Positions 27,894 to 39,200 are shown, numbered from the stretch's first letter. The stretch is DNA of 64,000 nucleotides from Antedon mediterranea (GCF_964355755.1 NC_092674.1:25234001-25298000), one strand, 5' to 3'. Numbers and translations: made by a program. Notes: generated by a model not told the origin, from the sequence alone.

Positions 27894-28859
27894 ATGGTCG
27901 ACGTTGTTGATAACGAAGTAATTTTAAATGAGCCCGTCAATCCTCACCCCGTGCCCCACCTAAGACAAACCGATTTCCTTCCCAAAAGATATGACGGTTC
28001 CATAACCGATCACGACCAATGTAGTGCACATTACTTATCGTTTACCGACTACCTTGAGGCCCACACGTTAGAAAACCCTTTAAACAATGCCCAATTAATT
28101 AATGTAATAAGTATTTTTAAACGTAGGCTTCAGGGCCAAGCTAGACTCTGGATTGAGGGAAAGCAGTTCGATTCACTAGAATCCTTAAAAACCCAATTCA
28201 TCAACAGGTTTAGTAAAAACAAATCAATCTATGCGCACATAAGAGAATACGATTCAATTACATACACCACTGGCGACAACGCCGAAAAGCACTTAACCAA
28301 AATCAAACAAGCCGCAGACAGAATTGGATACGCTGACCAGCAGATAAAGAATAAATTTATTTCGACCCTTCCACCAAAATGTAGAGCAGCTGTAGCCATG
28401 TCCACCCCAATCGATGCCACTATTGAAAATATTGTAAATAGCACACAAAATTACCTTGACCTTTCCGTAGATGATGCCACACGGGAAGTTTCATTCAATA
28501 TCAATAAGGAAACAGATAGGCCTAATAGTCTCGAATCGCTCCAACATGAGATAAATTCTCTCAAGTTAGACATGGCCACAACAAAACGATCCCTTAATGA
28601 TGATACTCGACGCTCACGTTCCCCCACCCGAAATTATATCCCAAGACGAAACCGAAGCCCAAGCCCATACAAACCCCGATTCCAGACCCCACCGACCCCA
28701 AGATATAGACAACCTCCCCCAACCTGTTATTACTGCGGGAAACCAGGCCACATAGCAAGGCACTGCCGACAACAAAACCGTTCTTACGGAAACTATCCCC
28801 CGCCATACCCATACCAACAGTCAAACAATTACTACCCTAGCCACCAGCAGGATTTTTAA
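27894..28859 (+). CDS. gag: Gag (capsid plus CCHC zinc knuckle)
   Basis: 321-aa ORF with a LQGQARLW capsid-like motif, Arg/Ser/Pro-rich spacer and CYYCGKPGHIARHC. Confidence 0.93.
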   Translation: MVDVVDNEVILNEPVNPHPVPHLRQTDFLPKRYDGSITDHDQCSAHYLSFTDYLEAHTLENPLNNAQLINVISIFKRRLQGQARLWIEGKQFDSLESLKTQFINRFSKNKSIYAHIREYDSITYTTGDNAEKHLTKIKQAADRIGYADQQIKNKFISTLPPKCRAAVAMSTPIDATIENIVNSTQNYLDLSVDDATREVSFNINKETDRPNSLESLQHEINSLKLDMATTKRSLNDDTRRSRSPTRNYIPRRNRSPSPYKPRFQTPPTPRYRQPPPTCYYCGKPGHIARHCRQQNRSYGNYPPPYPYQQSNNYYPSHQQDF

Positions 28860-31800
28860 AAAGGGGACTAGATGCCGCCTATAATCTGGCCCCCCATACT
28901 AAATACGACAATTTTAAGGCAAAATACTTAGGGAATTCAGATAATATTGATTTGTTACTTAACGACAGAAATTACGTTAAAGGAAATTTACCAGATGGTA
29001 GAAATGTTTTAACTTTATTTGACAGTGGTTCAACTAGAACTATAATCTCACAATCGTACGTTAATTCCTCACTTTATTTATCGCGTTTAAAGCCAGTTAA
29101 AGTGAACACAACCAAATTTCGATTAGGTAACGGTGACTTCTTATATGCCAACCACTTAGTGCAATTCGAATTATTTATCCAAGGACACAAATTTAAAATT
29201 TCAGCATTAATCGTTAAAAATTTGACAGGTATTGACCTGATACTTGGAACCGAAACATTGTCTGAACTCGACGGTACTTTAAATTTTAAGGAAAACACAT
29301 TTCGCATTAGACCAAAGATTTTTAGCTTTCGTCCAGTACACAAGATTTTTCTTAAACCCGGTGATACTAAAACAGTTAAATTAAAAGGAAGGGTTCCCGC
29401 CTTTATACGCAATTCAGATGTTGTTCTACATGCAACCACCCATATTTCAAAACTTTGTCCATCAGATATGTTAGTAAAATTACACAGAGGAGAAACCAAC
29501 ATTGATATCACTAACAACACAAACAGAAACGTATCTCTAAATACACATCAACCTATCGCGAGCCTTCATTTAACCAACCTTGTAACAGTTACTAACGACC
29601 TACCAATTGATAGAATAAAGTTGACCAATGACAACGCAAACAAGTCCCCACATTTAGAACGTACAGACCCATTGCTATCTTTAACCGAGGAAGAAATAAT
29701 TAGAAAACAAGTTGATTTAACAGACAGCGTTTTAACACATAGAGAAAAAGAAGATTTGTATAAAACCTTACAACAAAACAGAAACGCATTTTCACTTTAT
29801 GGTGAACTATCTAGCTGCCCAAACTTCAAAGCTGACATACACCTCTCTAACGATGAACCATTTTTTATTCGCCCATACTTCGCGACAGACAAAGACAAAC
29901 ATGTTATTGAGGCCGAATTGAACAAATTAGTCAAACTAGGAATCTTAGCAGTAGGACACCAATCGTATACTTCCCCTGTCCTTCTTGTTTCAAAGAAAAA
30001 TTCAAAAGATAAAAGAGTTGTCACAGACTTTCGCTATCTAAATTCCAGGATAAAACGTATTAATCACCCATTTCCATTATTGGCCGAAACTTTGAAAACA
30101 ATAGGTAACGCTAATGCACAGATTCTTAGCGTAATTGATTTGAAATCAGCGTTCCACTGTGTACCATTAGCCGAACATGCCCAACAATACACAGGTATAG
30201 CTTCATATCATGGTGGAAAGCATTATTATTATAAGAGATTAGCACAAGGATTAAACGTTTCACCAGGTATATTTCAAGCAAAGATTGACGAAATTTTAAA
30301 TGAAATCCCAAATTCTAGAGAATTCTGTATCGCCCATCATGATGATATTATTTTATTTAGCCAAGACAATTTTGCTCATAAGCAGCACCTTGTTTCCGTT
30401 TTACAAGCCCTACAATTAAATGGTTTTAGAATTTGTCCAAAGAAATGTAAGTTATTCAAGAATAAAGTGCAATATATGGGACACACCATCCTGATTAATT
30501 CTTCAGGACACGCATGTATCACACCATTAGGCGACAGGTGTGCAGCTATCCGAAATTTGCCAGTCCCACGAACCCATAAAGAAACTAAACGATTTATTGG
30601 TGCAGTAAATTATGTATCCCATTTTTTCCCTCAAATACAATCAATTTTACGTCCGTTACACACACTTGCAAGCAAACGCCGAAAATTTTGTTGGTCTACT
30701 GAACACCAGAAAGCATTTGACGAAATTAAACAATTAATGGTTAAACCACCAACTCTTCAAATGCCTAGAAAAGAAGGTAGATTTACGCTATATAGCGACA
30801 CTTCAAGAACCGCAACAGGTTCATATTTAACACAAACAGTAAACGGTAAAGAACACATAATAGGTTATTATTCCAAAATCTTACCACAAGCCTGTCAACG
30901 ATATAGCGTCACAGAATTAGAGTTATTTGGACTTTACATTAACGTTTCAGCATTTCGACACTTACTAAAGGGTTGCGAATTTGATGCATTCGTAGACCAC
31001 TCAGCAATTGTACAAATTTGGAATTCAAAAGATCAGCCATGTACACCTCGTCTACAGAAACTAATATTACGATTGTCCGGATACATTTTCCAAATTGGTT
31101 ATAAGAAAGGAACTGAATTAGTTTTAGCAGATTTTCTCTCCCGAGCCCCTCGTGATGACGATTCCGAAATTGATCAAGTTGTACCCATTGCATTTAATAT
31201 TACAGAGACTGAATCTCTTAACCCGATTACAAACACATCTACTAGCAGACCAGTAACAAGGTCATACGCCAAGAAAATGGGAATAAATATACCTGACCTA
31301 CATAAACCCAAACCAGTACAAACGCCCGTCATTAATCAAAACCCAGTGACAACAAACACGCGACCTACACCTCAACCTACCGCTACACCACAAATAATCA
31401 CGAGACAACAAACAAACGCACATCGATCACCGCCCATCATAACGCCACCTATCGTAACACCACCCCCAATACGTAATGTAAACATTCGACAACCTCCAGA
31501 GGAACGACTAGTAGACAAAAGTAAGCAAAACAAAGATACTACACATCGAAACGTACCAGTTGAATTGTATACATCGCCCAAACCACTAGTACCAAAAATA
31601 ACTGAATTTAAGTCAGCACACATCCCAAAACAACAAGACTTAGATAGATTAATGGATGTTATTCAAAGAAAGATAATTAGAGATTATAACCTCCCAGTAG
31701 ATGTTAAACAATTACGTGTTGAACAAGAAACTTCACCATTTTTTAAGCCAGTTTACGATTATTTAGTTCATGATATCCTTCCAGCTGATAAGAAAGCAGC

Positions 31801-33565
31801 TCGTGCAGTTCAGAATAAGTCAGAGCAGTACATATTGTGCAACGGTTTACTATTCCGTTTATTTTTCCAAGATAAAGGTGGAGAATTTGTATTGCAATTA
31901 GCTGTTCCTGAAAACTTAGCAGAGACTGTTATTTCTCAGTATCACGACAATTTGTTAAGTAGCCACCAAGGTACGATGCGTACTTACCTTACTATTAGGA
32001 AATTATTTTACATGCCTCTTATGTTCGAGAAAGTCAACAATTATACCCAAGCGTGTCTTAGATGTCAACAATTTCGTCCCAAAACCGATAAATTACGTCC
32101 TTTACACGATCGAGTACCAGCAACTTACCGTCCCTTTCATACACTCAGTCTAGATTTTAAGAGTATGCCAACTTCACCTTCAGGTTTTAAACATATTATG
32201 GTAGTATGTGATGAGATAACTAGATTTTTGATTTGTGTACCTTTGAAATCCATTGATGCCGAAACAATTTGTGAAGCACTAATTCAAAAGGTCATCAGTA
32301 TTTTTGGACCCCCATCTCGTCTTATTTCAGATGCAGCAACCTCCCTTACAGGAAAATTATTAACACTATTATGTAACACCCTTAATATTGATAGGAAAAT
32401 CATCAGCGTCCACAATCACGGTAGTTTACAAGTTGAACGTCATATCCGCACCGTATCGGACCTGTTAAAAGTCAACCTTAACCAATTCGGAACAGATTGG
32501 GTTAGATTTGTATCAACAACATGTTATGCTTATAACTCGTTTTCATCCCCACATCTAGGAAACCACTCCCCTTACGAATTAGTTTTTGGCCGCCAACCTC
32601 CAAGTTTGACCTCATTAGCATTTAACCCTATTTCAGGATTGTCTCATTCCTATGAAGAATACTTTGAACATCTCAAGAAGAAATTTCAAAACATTTCACA
32701 GACAATGCTACAATTACAGCGAACACAACAAAACGTCCAAAACTCAAAGATTTCCCAACGCTTAGAAAAAAGTCCAATTTACTCAGTAGGACAACTCGTA
32801 TATTTATACAAGCCAACATCATCATCACTAACAGCAAATTCAAAGAAAATCGCCGCAGAATGGGTCGGACCATTAGTGATTCATGAAGTACTAGACAGAA
32901 CACACTACATCCTAGCGACGATTAAAGGAGAAATACTTCGCGACGTATTCAATTATAACAGACTGAAACCCTGTTTTATGAGAACACCCAAAGAACGCAA
33001 AAATTTTACACATCTCCAAAAACTGAAACAATTGTTGAATGAACCCACCGATGATAATAACGAGAAAATCCAAAACACCATTAATGTAGTAAATGACGAA
33101 ATCAATGTTGAATTTGTAGACGAACATGATAGGACACCCACCCAATTGCAATCAGATACCCTTACACATCCAACTAAAGTAGCACCCCTTAACTTGCAAC
33201 CTTACATTGACTGTGTAGAGAATAACATGGGATTAGCAGCCCCATTCCAAATGAAAGAAGAACAAATAAAGGAACAAACTAATTTAATTATGACAGCACC
33301 TAATGATTCAAATATGACATTAAACCGAGGTAGATTTAAAGCAGGACATTTCCAAGTTTTAGTTTCGTATTCTAAACCGACTTCAGCCAAACGCAACACC
33401 AATAAAACAAAACACGAATCTAATGATCGCAAATTTTGGTGGAATATTGACAGATATAACGATACAGATAAATTGATTAAAGAGATCATTAATGATAAAC
33501 AGATACCGATAAGTGGATCGCCAAAACGATTCATAAAACGTTTGTATAATGCAACAAATTACTGA
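28850..33565 (+). CDS. pol: Pol polyprotein (protease, RT, RNase H, integrase), probably made by -1 frameshift
   Basis: Frame is open from 28850. Motifs: LFDSGS (protease); VTDFR, IDLKSAF, QGL, HHDD, YMGH (RT); YSDTS, ELE, VDH, ADFLSR (RNase H); HQG..CLRC, LSLDF, ISDAA, VER (integrase); WVGP (GPY/F). Confidence 0.95.
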   Translation, partial: GFLKRGLDAAYNLAPHTKYDNFKAKYLGNSDNIDLLLNDRNYVKGNLPDGRNVLTLFDSGSTRTIISQSYVNSSLYLSRLKPVKVNTTKFRLGNGDFLYANHLVQFELFIQGHKFKISALIVKNLTGIDLILGTETLSELDGTLNFKENTFRIRPKIFSFRPVHKIFLKPGDTKTVKLKGRVPAFIRNSDVVLHATTHISKLCPSDMLVKLHRGETNIDITNNTNRNVSLNTHQPIASLHLTNLVTVTNDLPIDRIKLTNDNANKSPHLERTDPLLSLTEEEIIRKQVDLTDSVLTHREKEDLYKTLQQNRNAFSLYGELSSCPNFKADIHLSNDEPFFIRPYFATDKDKHVIEAELNKLVKLGILAVGHQSYTSPVLLVSKKNSKDKRVVTDFRYLNSRIKRINHPFPLLAETLKTIGNANAQILSVIDLKSAFHCVPLAEHAQQYTGIASYHGGKHYYYKRLAQGLNVSPGIFQAKIDEILNEIPNSREFCIAHHDDIILFSQDNFAHKQHLVSVLQALQLNGFRICPKKCKLFKNKVQYMGHTILINSSGHACITPLGDRCAAIRNLPVPRTHKETKRFIGAVNYVSHFFPQIQSILRPLHTLASKRRKFCWSTEHQKAFDEIKQLMVKPPTLQMPRKEGRFTLYSDTSRTATGSYLTQTVNGKEHIIGYYSKILPQACQRYSVTELELFGLYINVSAFRHLLKGCEFDAFVDHSAIVQIWNSKDQPCTPRLQKLILRLSGYIFQIGYKKGTELVLADFLSRAPRDDDSEIDQVVPIAFNITETESLNPITNTSTSRPVTRSYAKKMGINIPDLHKPKPVQTPVINQNPVTTNTRPTPQPTATPQIITRQQTNAHRSPPIITPPIVTPPPIRNVNIRQPPEERLVDKSKQNKDTTHRNVPVELYTSPKPLVPKITEFKSAHIPKQQDLDRLMDVIQRKIIRDYNLPVDVKQLRVEQETSPFFKPVYDYLVHDILPADKKAARAVQNKSEQYILCNGLLFRLFFQDKGGEFVLQLAVPENLAETVISQYHDNLLSSHQGTMRTYLTIRKLFYMPLMFEKVNNYTQACLRCQQFRPKTDKLRPLHDRVPATYRPFHTLSLDFKSMPTSPSGFKHIMVVCDEITRFLICVPLKSIDAETICEALIQKVISIFGPPSRLISDAATSLTGKLLTLLCNTLNIDRKIISVHNHGSLQVERHIRTVSDLLKVNLNQFGTDWVRFVSTTCYAYNSFSSPHLGNHSPYELVFGRQPPSLTSLAFNPISGLSHSYEEYFEHLKKKFQNISQTMLQLQRTQQNVQNSKISQRLEKSPIYSVGQLVYLYKPTSSSLTANSKKIAAEWVGPLVIHEVLDRTHYILATIKGEILRDVFNYNRLKPCFMRTPKERKNFTHLQKLKQLLNEPTDDNNEKIQNTINVVNDEINVEFVDEHDRTPTQLQSDTLTHPTKVAPLNLQPYIDCVENNMGLAAPFQMKEEQIKEQTNLIMTAPNDSNMTLNRGRFKAGHFQVLVSYSKPTSAKRNTNKTKHESNDRKFWWNIDRYNDTDKLIKEIINDKQIPISGSPKRFIKRLYNATNY

Positions 33566-34451
33566 TTTAAATTTTTTTTGCAAGATTATTTTTAAATTAC
33601 GACATTTGCTAAATTATTGATAGCATAGTCTACGTATTTGATGAGATTTGTTTAGTAATGATGTGATTTCAGTTAAAAGAGAATTGAAATTATGATTAAG
33701 TATTGATTTTGTAACGAGTTTGATAATGATTAATTTTGAATTTTGATGATCGATATATTGAGATATTGAAAAGAACGACAATCATTTTGTAACAAATATT
33801 TTGTTGAACCTTTGAGTCGTTAATCTCAAGCATTAATTAACTGATATACAATAACAGGAGATTTTCTTAGTACTTTTAATTGTAATCTTTTTTAACATTG
33901 AGTACAAAAGTCGAATTTGCCGACCGATTGAAATCGTAATTACCTGTAAATATAAATGCTTAAATCGATAAAGTTGTGACGATAACGATATATTGTGGAT
34001 AAGTTTGTGTCAACGGGACACACACATTTGTTTCTTTAAAGTTTTAAGTGATTAAGTTTGATATTTGATTTTAGGCTAATCAGCCACAGTTTCTTGAATT
34101 TTATGTTTTGATTTGATTGATTTATGTTTGAAGACCATTAGAACGCGATGAGTGTATGTTCAATGTAACATACTATTTTTAAGTTTTGTAATTTTATTTT
34201 CAACTGATTTATGTTTGATTTACGAGAAATTTATAACAAATTCATTTTTAATTTTAATTTTTTTAAGAGAGAGAAGAGAGAGAGTGAAAGTGATAAGGTT
34301 ACACTTCAGAGTCAATGGTTTTGGCTAACTCAATTTTTGCATATATGTATAATGTTTTTTTTTCTTTTATATAACTTTAATTTTGCATGCCACTATTATA
34401 ACCATTTTTATATGTTAAATAGATTAAAAAAAAAAAAGGGAAACAGAGGGA

Positions 34452-35044
34452 TGTGATATAAAGATATACTTTTATATTTAAGAAATTGACCTTTGTATCG
34501 GAATTAAATAGGTTCACAAACTTGACCCAGAAAGTCCAAAGGAGAGTTTGTCCAGATGTTTTAATGACCATTTAGTTTATAATAGAGTCCCTAAAGAAAA
34601 CACTTAGCTTAATTTTGTGACCTTTCCCATCGTTAAACCAGGAGTGATGGACACTATTTAAGTACAGATTTGACAGTGTCATCCATCACAGAAATACCTT
34701 ATGATACCGTTAATCACTCCCACTTAAACACCCCTGGATCAACTTAGGACCAATCGTTACCCTCACAGATGATGTAATGACATTATGCAAATGAACTGAG
34801 CCAATATACTCCCAAGTTTCAGAAGGGCCCAGACACACCATACAGCCACTTCTCCAGAAGCAGACTAACACACTTCACACCTCACCGACAGCATCATTGA
34901 TTGTCCGTTCCTTATGTATACTTATAGTTGTATATTGTACTGAAGTATTATACTGAATAAATAATATATGTGTTACGACAGTCAAGCGAGTTAGAGTCTT
35001 TCATTAGTACCTCAACAACGCAACATTATAAACACTATATTACA
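34452..35044 (+). repeat. 3' LTR
   Basis: Same length and sequence as the 5' LTR as far as can be compared by eye. Confidence 0.95.
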
Positions 35045-35112
35045 TTATTACCATTTATTTGTAATTTAAATGGATTAAAAAACTTTCTGTAACCCACAAT
35101 TTCAAAGTAAGA

Positions 35113-35183
35113 GGTTTCGTAGTGTAGTGGTTGTCAAGTCTGCTTAACACGCAGAAGGTCCCGGTTCGAGCCCTGGCGAAACC
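35113..35183 (+). pseudogene. tRNA-Val(AAC)-like copy, probably a pseudogene
   Basis: GGTTTCG/CGAAACC acceptor stem and TCTGC-TTAACAC-GCAGA anticodon arm are intact; D and T stems are damaged; T-run follows. Confidence 0.7.
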
Positions 35184-35336
35184 TATTTTTCTTTAACTTT
35201 CTAACTGTATACGTCTGTATACAGCTTCTTTCGCTGTACCCCGAGTATTGCACATTCGTGCTTGTTTGTTAATTAATTTGTTTAATTAAGAAGCCACAAT
35301 GTGTGACACACACCACAGCGTTATGTAGTTATATGC

Positions 35337-35408
35337 GGCTTCTTGGCGTAGTGGTTATCACGTCTGCTTAACACGCAGAAGGTCCCCGGTTCGAGCCCGG
35401 GCGAAACC
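35337..35408 (+). tRNA. tRNA-Val(AAC)-like copy, the best preserved but with two acceptor-stem mismatches
   Basis: GGCTTCTTGGCGTAGTGGTTATCACGTCTGCTTAACACGCAGAAGGTCCCCGGTTCGAGCCCGGGCGAAACC followed by a T-run terminator. Confidence 0.6.
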
Positions 35409-35619
35409 TTTTTTTTCAACTTTATGGTAAAAAGTACTGATAAGGTAATATGATATACAGTATATCTTATTTTTATTATTTTTAAAAATATTTATTTTGT
35501 GTAATCGGTAATTATCACTTTTACACATGTTTATCTTGCTTTGTGCTTATTACATAATAATTTATTTGTAATTTAAATGGATTAAAAAACTTTGTGTAAC
35601 CCACATTTTTGGTGTAACA

Positions 35620-35690
35620 GGTTTCGTAGTGTAGTGGTTGTCAAGTCTGCTTAACTCGCAGAAGGTCCCGGTTCGAGCCCTGGCGAAACC
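35620..35690 (+). pseudogene. tRNA-Val(AAC)-like copy, duplicate of 35113-35183
   Basis: Near-identical to 35113-35183 with one extra anticodon-loop change. Confidence 0.7.
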
Positions 35691-36269
35691 TATTTTTCTT
35701 TAACTTTATGGTGAAATATACTGTATACGTAAAATGATATAGAGTATATATCGTTTTATTAGTCGGGGTACCTGAGTCTAGGACTCTCTCATCTTTTCCT
35801 CTTCTTCTTCCATCCGGACACTATTGAGCAAAAAGTGCAATTTATAAAGTACTACTCCTCCCTTATTCGTTGTAGTATTGAGCTCGGATTTAGCATGAAT
35901 ATACTACAGGGACATGTCCTCAAAGCTATAGAGAGCCGGATTTTTTAATTTCATACCGGATGCAGCCATATGACGTCTCGAAGATGGTATCGTATAGTAG
36001 CCGTATTTGGTAGCGCGGTTTTTGATGTGTATGTGACGTTACATCCGCTCTTATGACGTCATTACAGCTTCTTTCGCTGTACCCCGAGTATTGCACATTC
36101 GTGCTTGTTCTAGATGTTTTTAGGAACTTATATATGCGTCTGTCTTTTTCTGAGTTGTTTGTACACGCCGATTTCTGTATCAAATATGTCTAGGCCAGGG
36201 AGTTATTACTAATAACAACTCCCTGTCTAGGCCTAGGCCTGTATCAATTGCAATATCCTACGCCAGGAA

Positions 36270-39200
36270 TGAACTATTGCGGCTCAGGCGTCACGATAGC
36301 CCGAAACCTGAAGGCTATTGTCAGTTTCCACGGGAAGTCAAGTTGAGGAAAAAGGGTAAAGGTGGAGGGTATTCGAAAGCGCCTTAGAAAACGTAAGTCT
36401 AAACCTCCACTTCCATCGATGATTTTAGGAAATGTGAGATCTCTGTCAAATAAAATTGACGAACTCCAAGCATGTTCTAAACACATGTTTGAATCATACT
36501 CTATGGTTTGAATACAGAGAAGCTTCAGTGATGTGTTTCACAGAGACATGGCTTAATAATAATATTATTGACAGCGAATTAGTACTAAGTAATTTTGAAT
36601 TAGCTAGAGCGGATATAACTGTAGAGTCGGGGAAAAAACGAGGAGGAGGAGTATGTTTTTATATAAATAAAGCATGGTGTAGTAACTGGAGGATATACGC
36701 CGGATATAGAATTACTAACCATAAGTGCAAGACCCTTCTATCTACCACGAGAATTTTCTCAAATTTTTTTTACAGTGTGCTACATACACCCAAATGCAAA
36801 TATTGATAATGCGAGTGAGACTATTTCCAGTACTGTTCACCGGTATGAAACAATGGCACCGGACGCTCCACAAATAATTCTAGGAGACTTCAACAAATGC
36901 ACTTTGAAGGATGTGCTACCTACTTATGAACAAGCAATCTCTGTAGAAACAAGAGGCAGTGCTACGCTGGACTTATGCTACTGCAATGTGAAAAAAGCAT
37001 ACACAAGCAAAATCTGTTCAAAACTTGGAAATTCTGATCATAACAATATACATATTATGCCAAAATACAAGACAAAATTAAAACAGTCAAAACCAGTAGT
37101 TATACAACAGCAGTTGTGGAGTACAGAGGTGGTTGAAAAGTTGCGTGGCTGTCTAGCATGTACTGATTGGGATATTATGCTCGATGACGATGATACTCTT
37201 GATGTAAGGGTATCTACAATCTCGGCATACATATCCTTTTGTGTTGATATGGTTATACCTAAAGTAACAAAAAAGATGTATGCAAATGAAAAACCATGGA
37301 TCTCTAACCAACTAAGAAAACTGTAGAAAAGATAAGCATATAGCGCATTGAGGAAAAGATACTCCTAAAGTCAAGGAAATTCAAAAGGAAATAAACAAGT
37401 GTATAAAAAATAGCAAACTGAAATACAAAAAAACACTAGAAAATAAATTTAAAGACAAAAATCCTAAAGCAGCATGGAAAGCAATTAAAACACTAACCGG
37501 CTACAAAGAAACCATATTGCGTGTACATGGAAGTGAGAACTTCGCTAATGACTTAAACAACTTTTTCTGTCGTTTTGAATCCGAGATATTAGTTACCAAA
37601 AATGAAAATGAAGACACAGAAATCCGCGAAAATGAGACTTCATTAGTAAACAATGCAGTCATAAATGTAGTTGATGTGCGTAATGTATTCGCCAAAGTAA
37701 AGCCTGGTAAAAGTACTGGCCCTGATGGAATTGGAAATCGTGTTATTAAATACTGCAACCAAGAGTTGGCACCGATATATACCAAACTTTTTAATGAGAG
37801 TTTAGCAAGTGGTACAGTGCCCAATCAATGGAAAACGGCCTGTATCTCACCTATTCCTAAGATAAAAAATCCCAAGGAACTTAATGACTATAGGCCAATA
37901 GCTATCACATCCAATGTTGGTAAGTGCCTAGAAAAGATTGTACTTAGGCAGTTGCTTGATCAGACGAAATTTTTTCTTGATCCTCTCCAATTTGCCTATC
38001 AGAGTAATAGAAGTGTTGAAGATGCTGTGCTCTTCCACTTACATAATATTTACCAACATTTAGATGTGCCTAAATCATATGTAAGATGTTTGTATATAGA
38101 TTTTTCTAGTGCTTTTAATACCGTTGAACCTGGTTCATTAGTACGCAAACTTAAAGAAATGAACGTAAACGACACATTGACTTCATGGATATATAATTTC
38201 TTAACAAAAAGGTTCCAGTATGTTAAACTAAACGGTATTTTATCTGATAAAAGAACTGTTAGCATTGGCACGCCACAAGGGTCTGTTATCTCCCCAATGT
38301 TGTTTTCACTGTTCACCAGCAGTTTCAGAGCCAATTCAAATGAATGTTGTATAGTAAAATATGCAGATGACACAGTCATCACTGGATACATTACTGGCAA
38401 TGATAAAACAAGCTATAGACAACTAGGATGTGATTTTTATCACTGGTGCTGCAATAACAACCTGAAACTAAACATAAAGAAAACAAAAGAAATTCAAATT
38501 GATTTTAGGAAAATTAAAGAACCCTTAGAACCTCTGATTATAAATGAAAATGAGATTGAAGTAGTAAATGAGTACAAATATCTGGGTTGTATAATTGACA
38601 ATAAGCTAAATTGGATAAATAATGTAAATAAAGCCACATGCAAAGCCAACCAAAGGATGTTTATTTTAAGAAAAATGAAGTACCTACAAATTGACAAAAC
38701 TATACTTAAATTGTTTTCTAACTCTGTAATTCTCAGTGTAATACTTTTTTGTAATGTTTGTTTTTATGGTAATACAATGCAAAAAGATAAAATTAAACTT
38801 AATCGAATAGGAAATAGAGCAATTAGACTAGTAGGAGAGCACTTACCTGATGTTGAATCCTTGTATAAAGAAAATGTGTTAAAAAAATTAAAAAGTATCA
38901 TTGATGATGAAACAGTCACATCCTCTTCACAAACAATTTGCTCTCATGAATTCTGGCATAAGACTACGTGCACTTAATACCAAAACAAAACGGTTTAGGT
39001 GCTCGTTTGTACCTAATGCTATACACTTATATAACTCCAGAGTACAAAGGTAAAATGTAACCGCTTTTGTTTATTTTTATAGTTTTAATGCTTTTATATA
39101 AACTTTAAGTCATCGTTAGTGCAATATAATAATAAATCATATAATATAATTAAATAATAATAATTTTTATCTAATTTTAACAATTTTTAGCCTCTTAACT

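Larger units (their letters stand above)
26580..35044 (+). mobile_element. Full-length Ty3/Gypsy LTR retrotransposon, apparently intact and recent
   Basis: 593-bp TG...CA LTRs at 26580-27172 and 34452-35044; 4-bp TSD TTAT; PBS starting TGGTGGA at 27173; purine-rich PPT just before 34452; gag and pol in PR-RT-RH-IN order. Confidence 0.97.
26101..36109 (+). mobile_element. Cluster of Helentron-type non-autonomous elements carrying tRNA-Val-derived copies; first copy interrupted by the Gypsy
   Basis: 5' hairpins ACTCGGGGTACCCGAGT (26101) and AGTCGGGGTACCTGAGT (35761) follow T-runs. 3' ends GTACCCCGAGT-att-GCACattcGTGC-ttgtt lie at about 35236-35266 and 36079-36109. Core sequence is shared between 26140-26280 and 35810-35950. 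Confidence 0.65.

Noticed and set aside
29074-33583. Minus-strand ORFs overlapping pol, and similar antisense ORFs over the LINEs, Penelope and receptor exons
   Set aside because: They are shadow ORFs of real coding sequence with no independent motifs.
33566-34451. Possible env gene in the Gypsy element
   Set aside because: Only a short low-complexity ORF (34211-34456) is present, with no envelope-like features; treated as 3' UTR.
26363-35690. Functional tRNA-Val gene cluster
   Set aside because: Each copy has stem-breaking changes and all sit inside a repeat element; function is not supported without tRNAscan scores or expression data.
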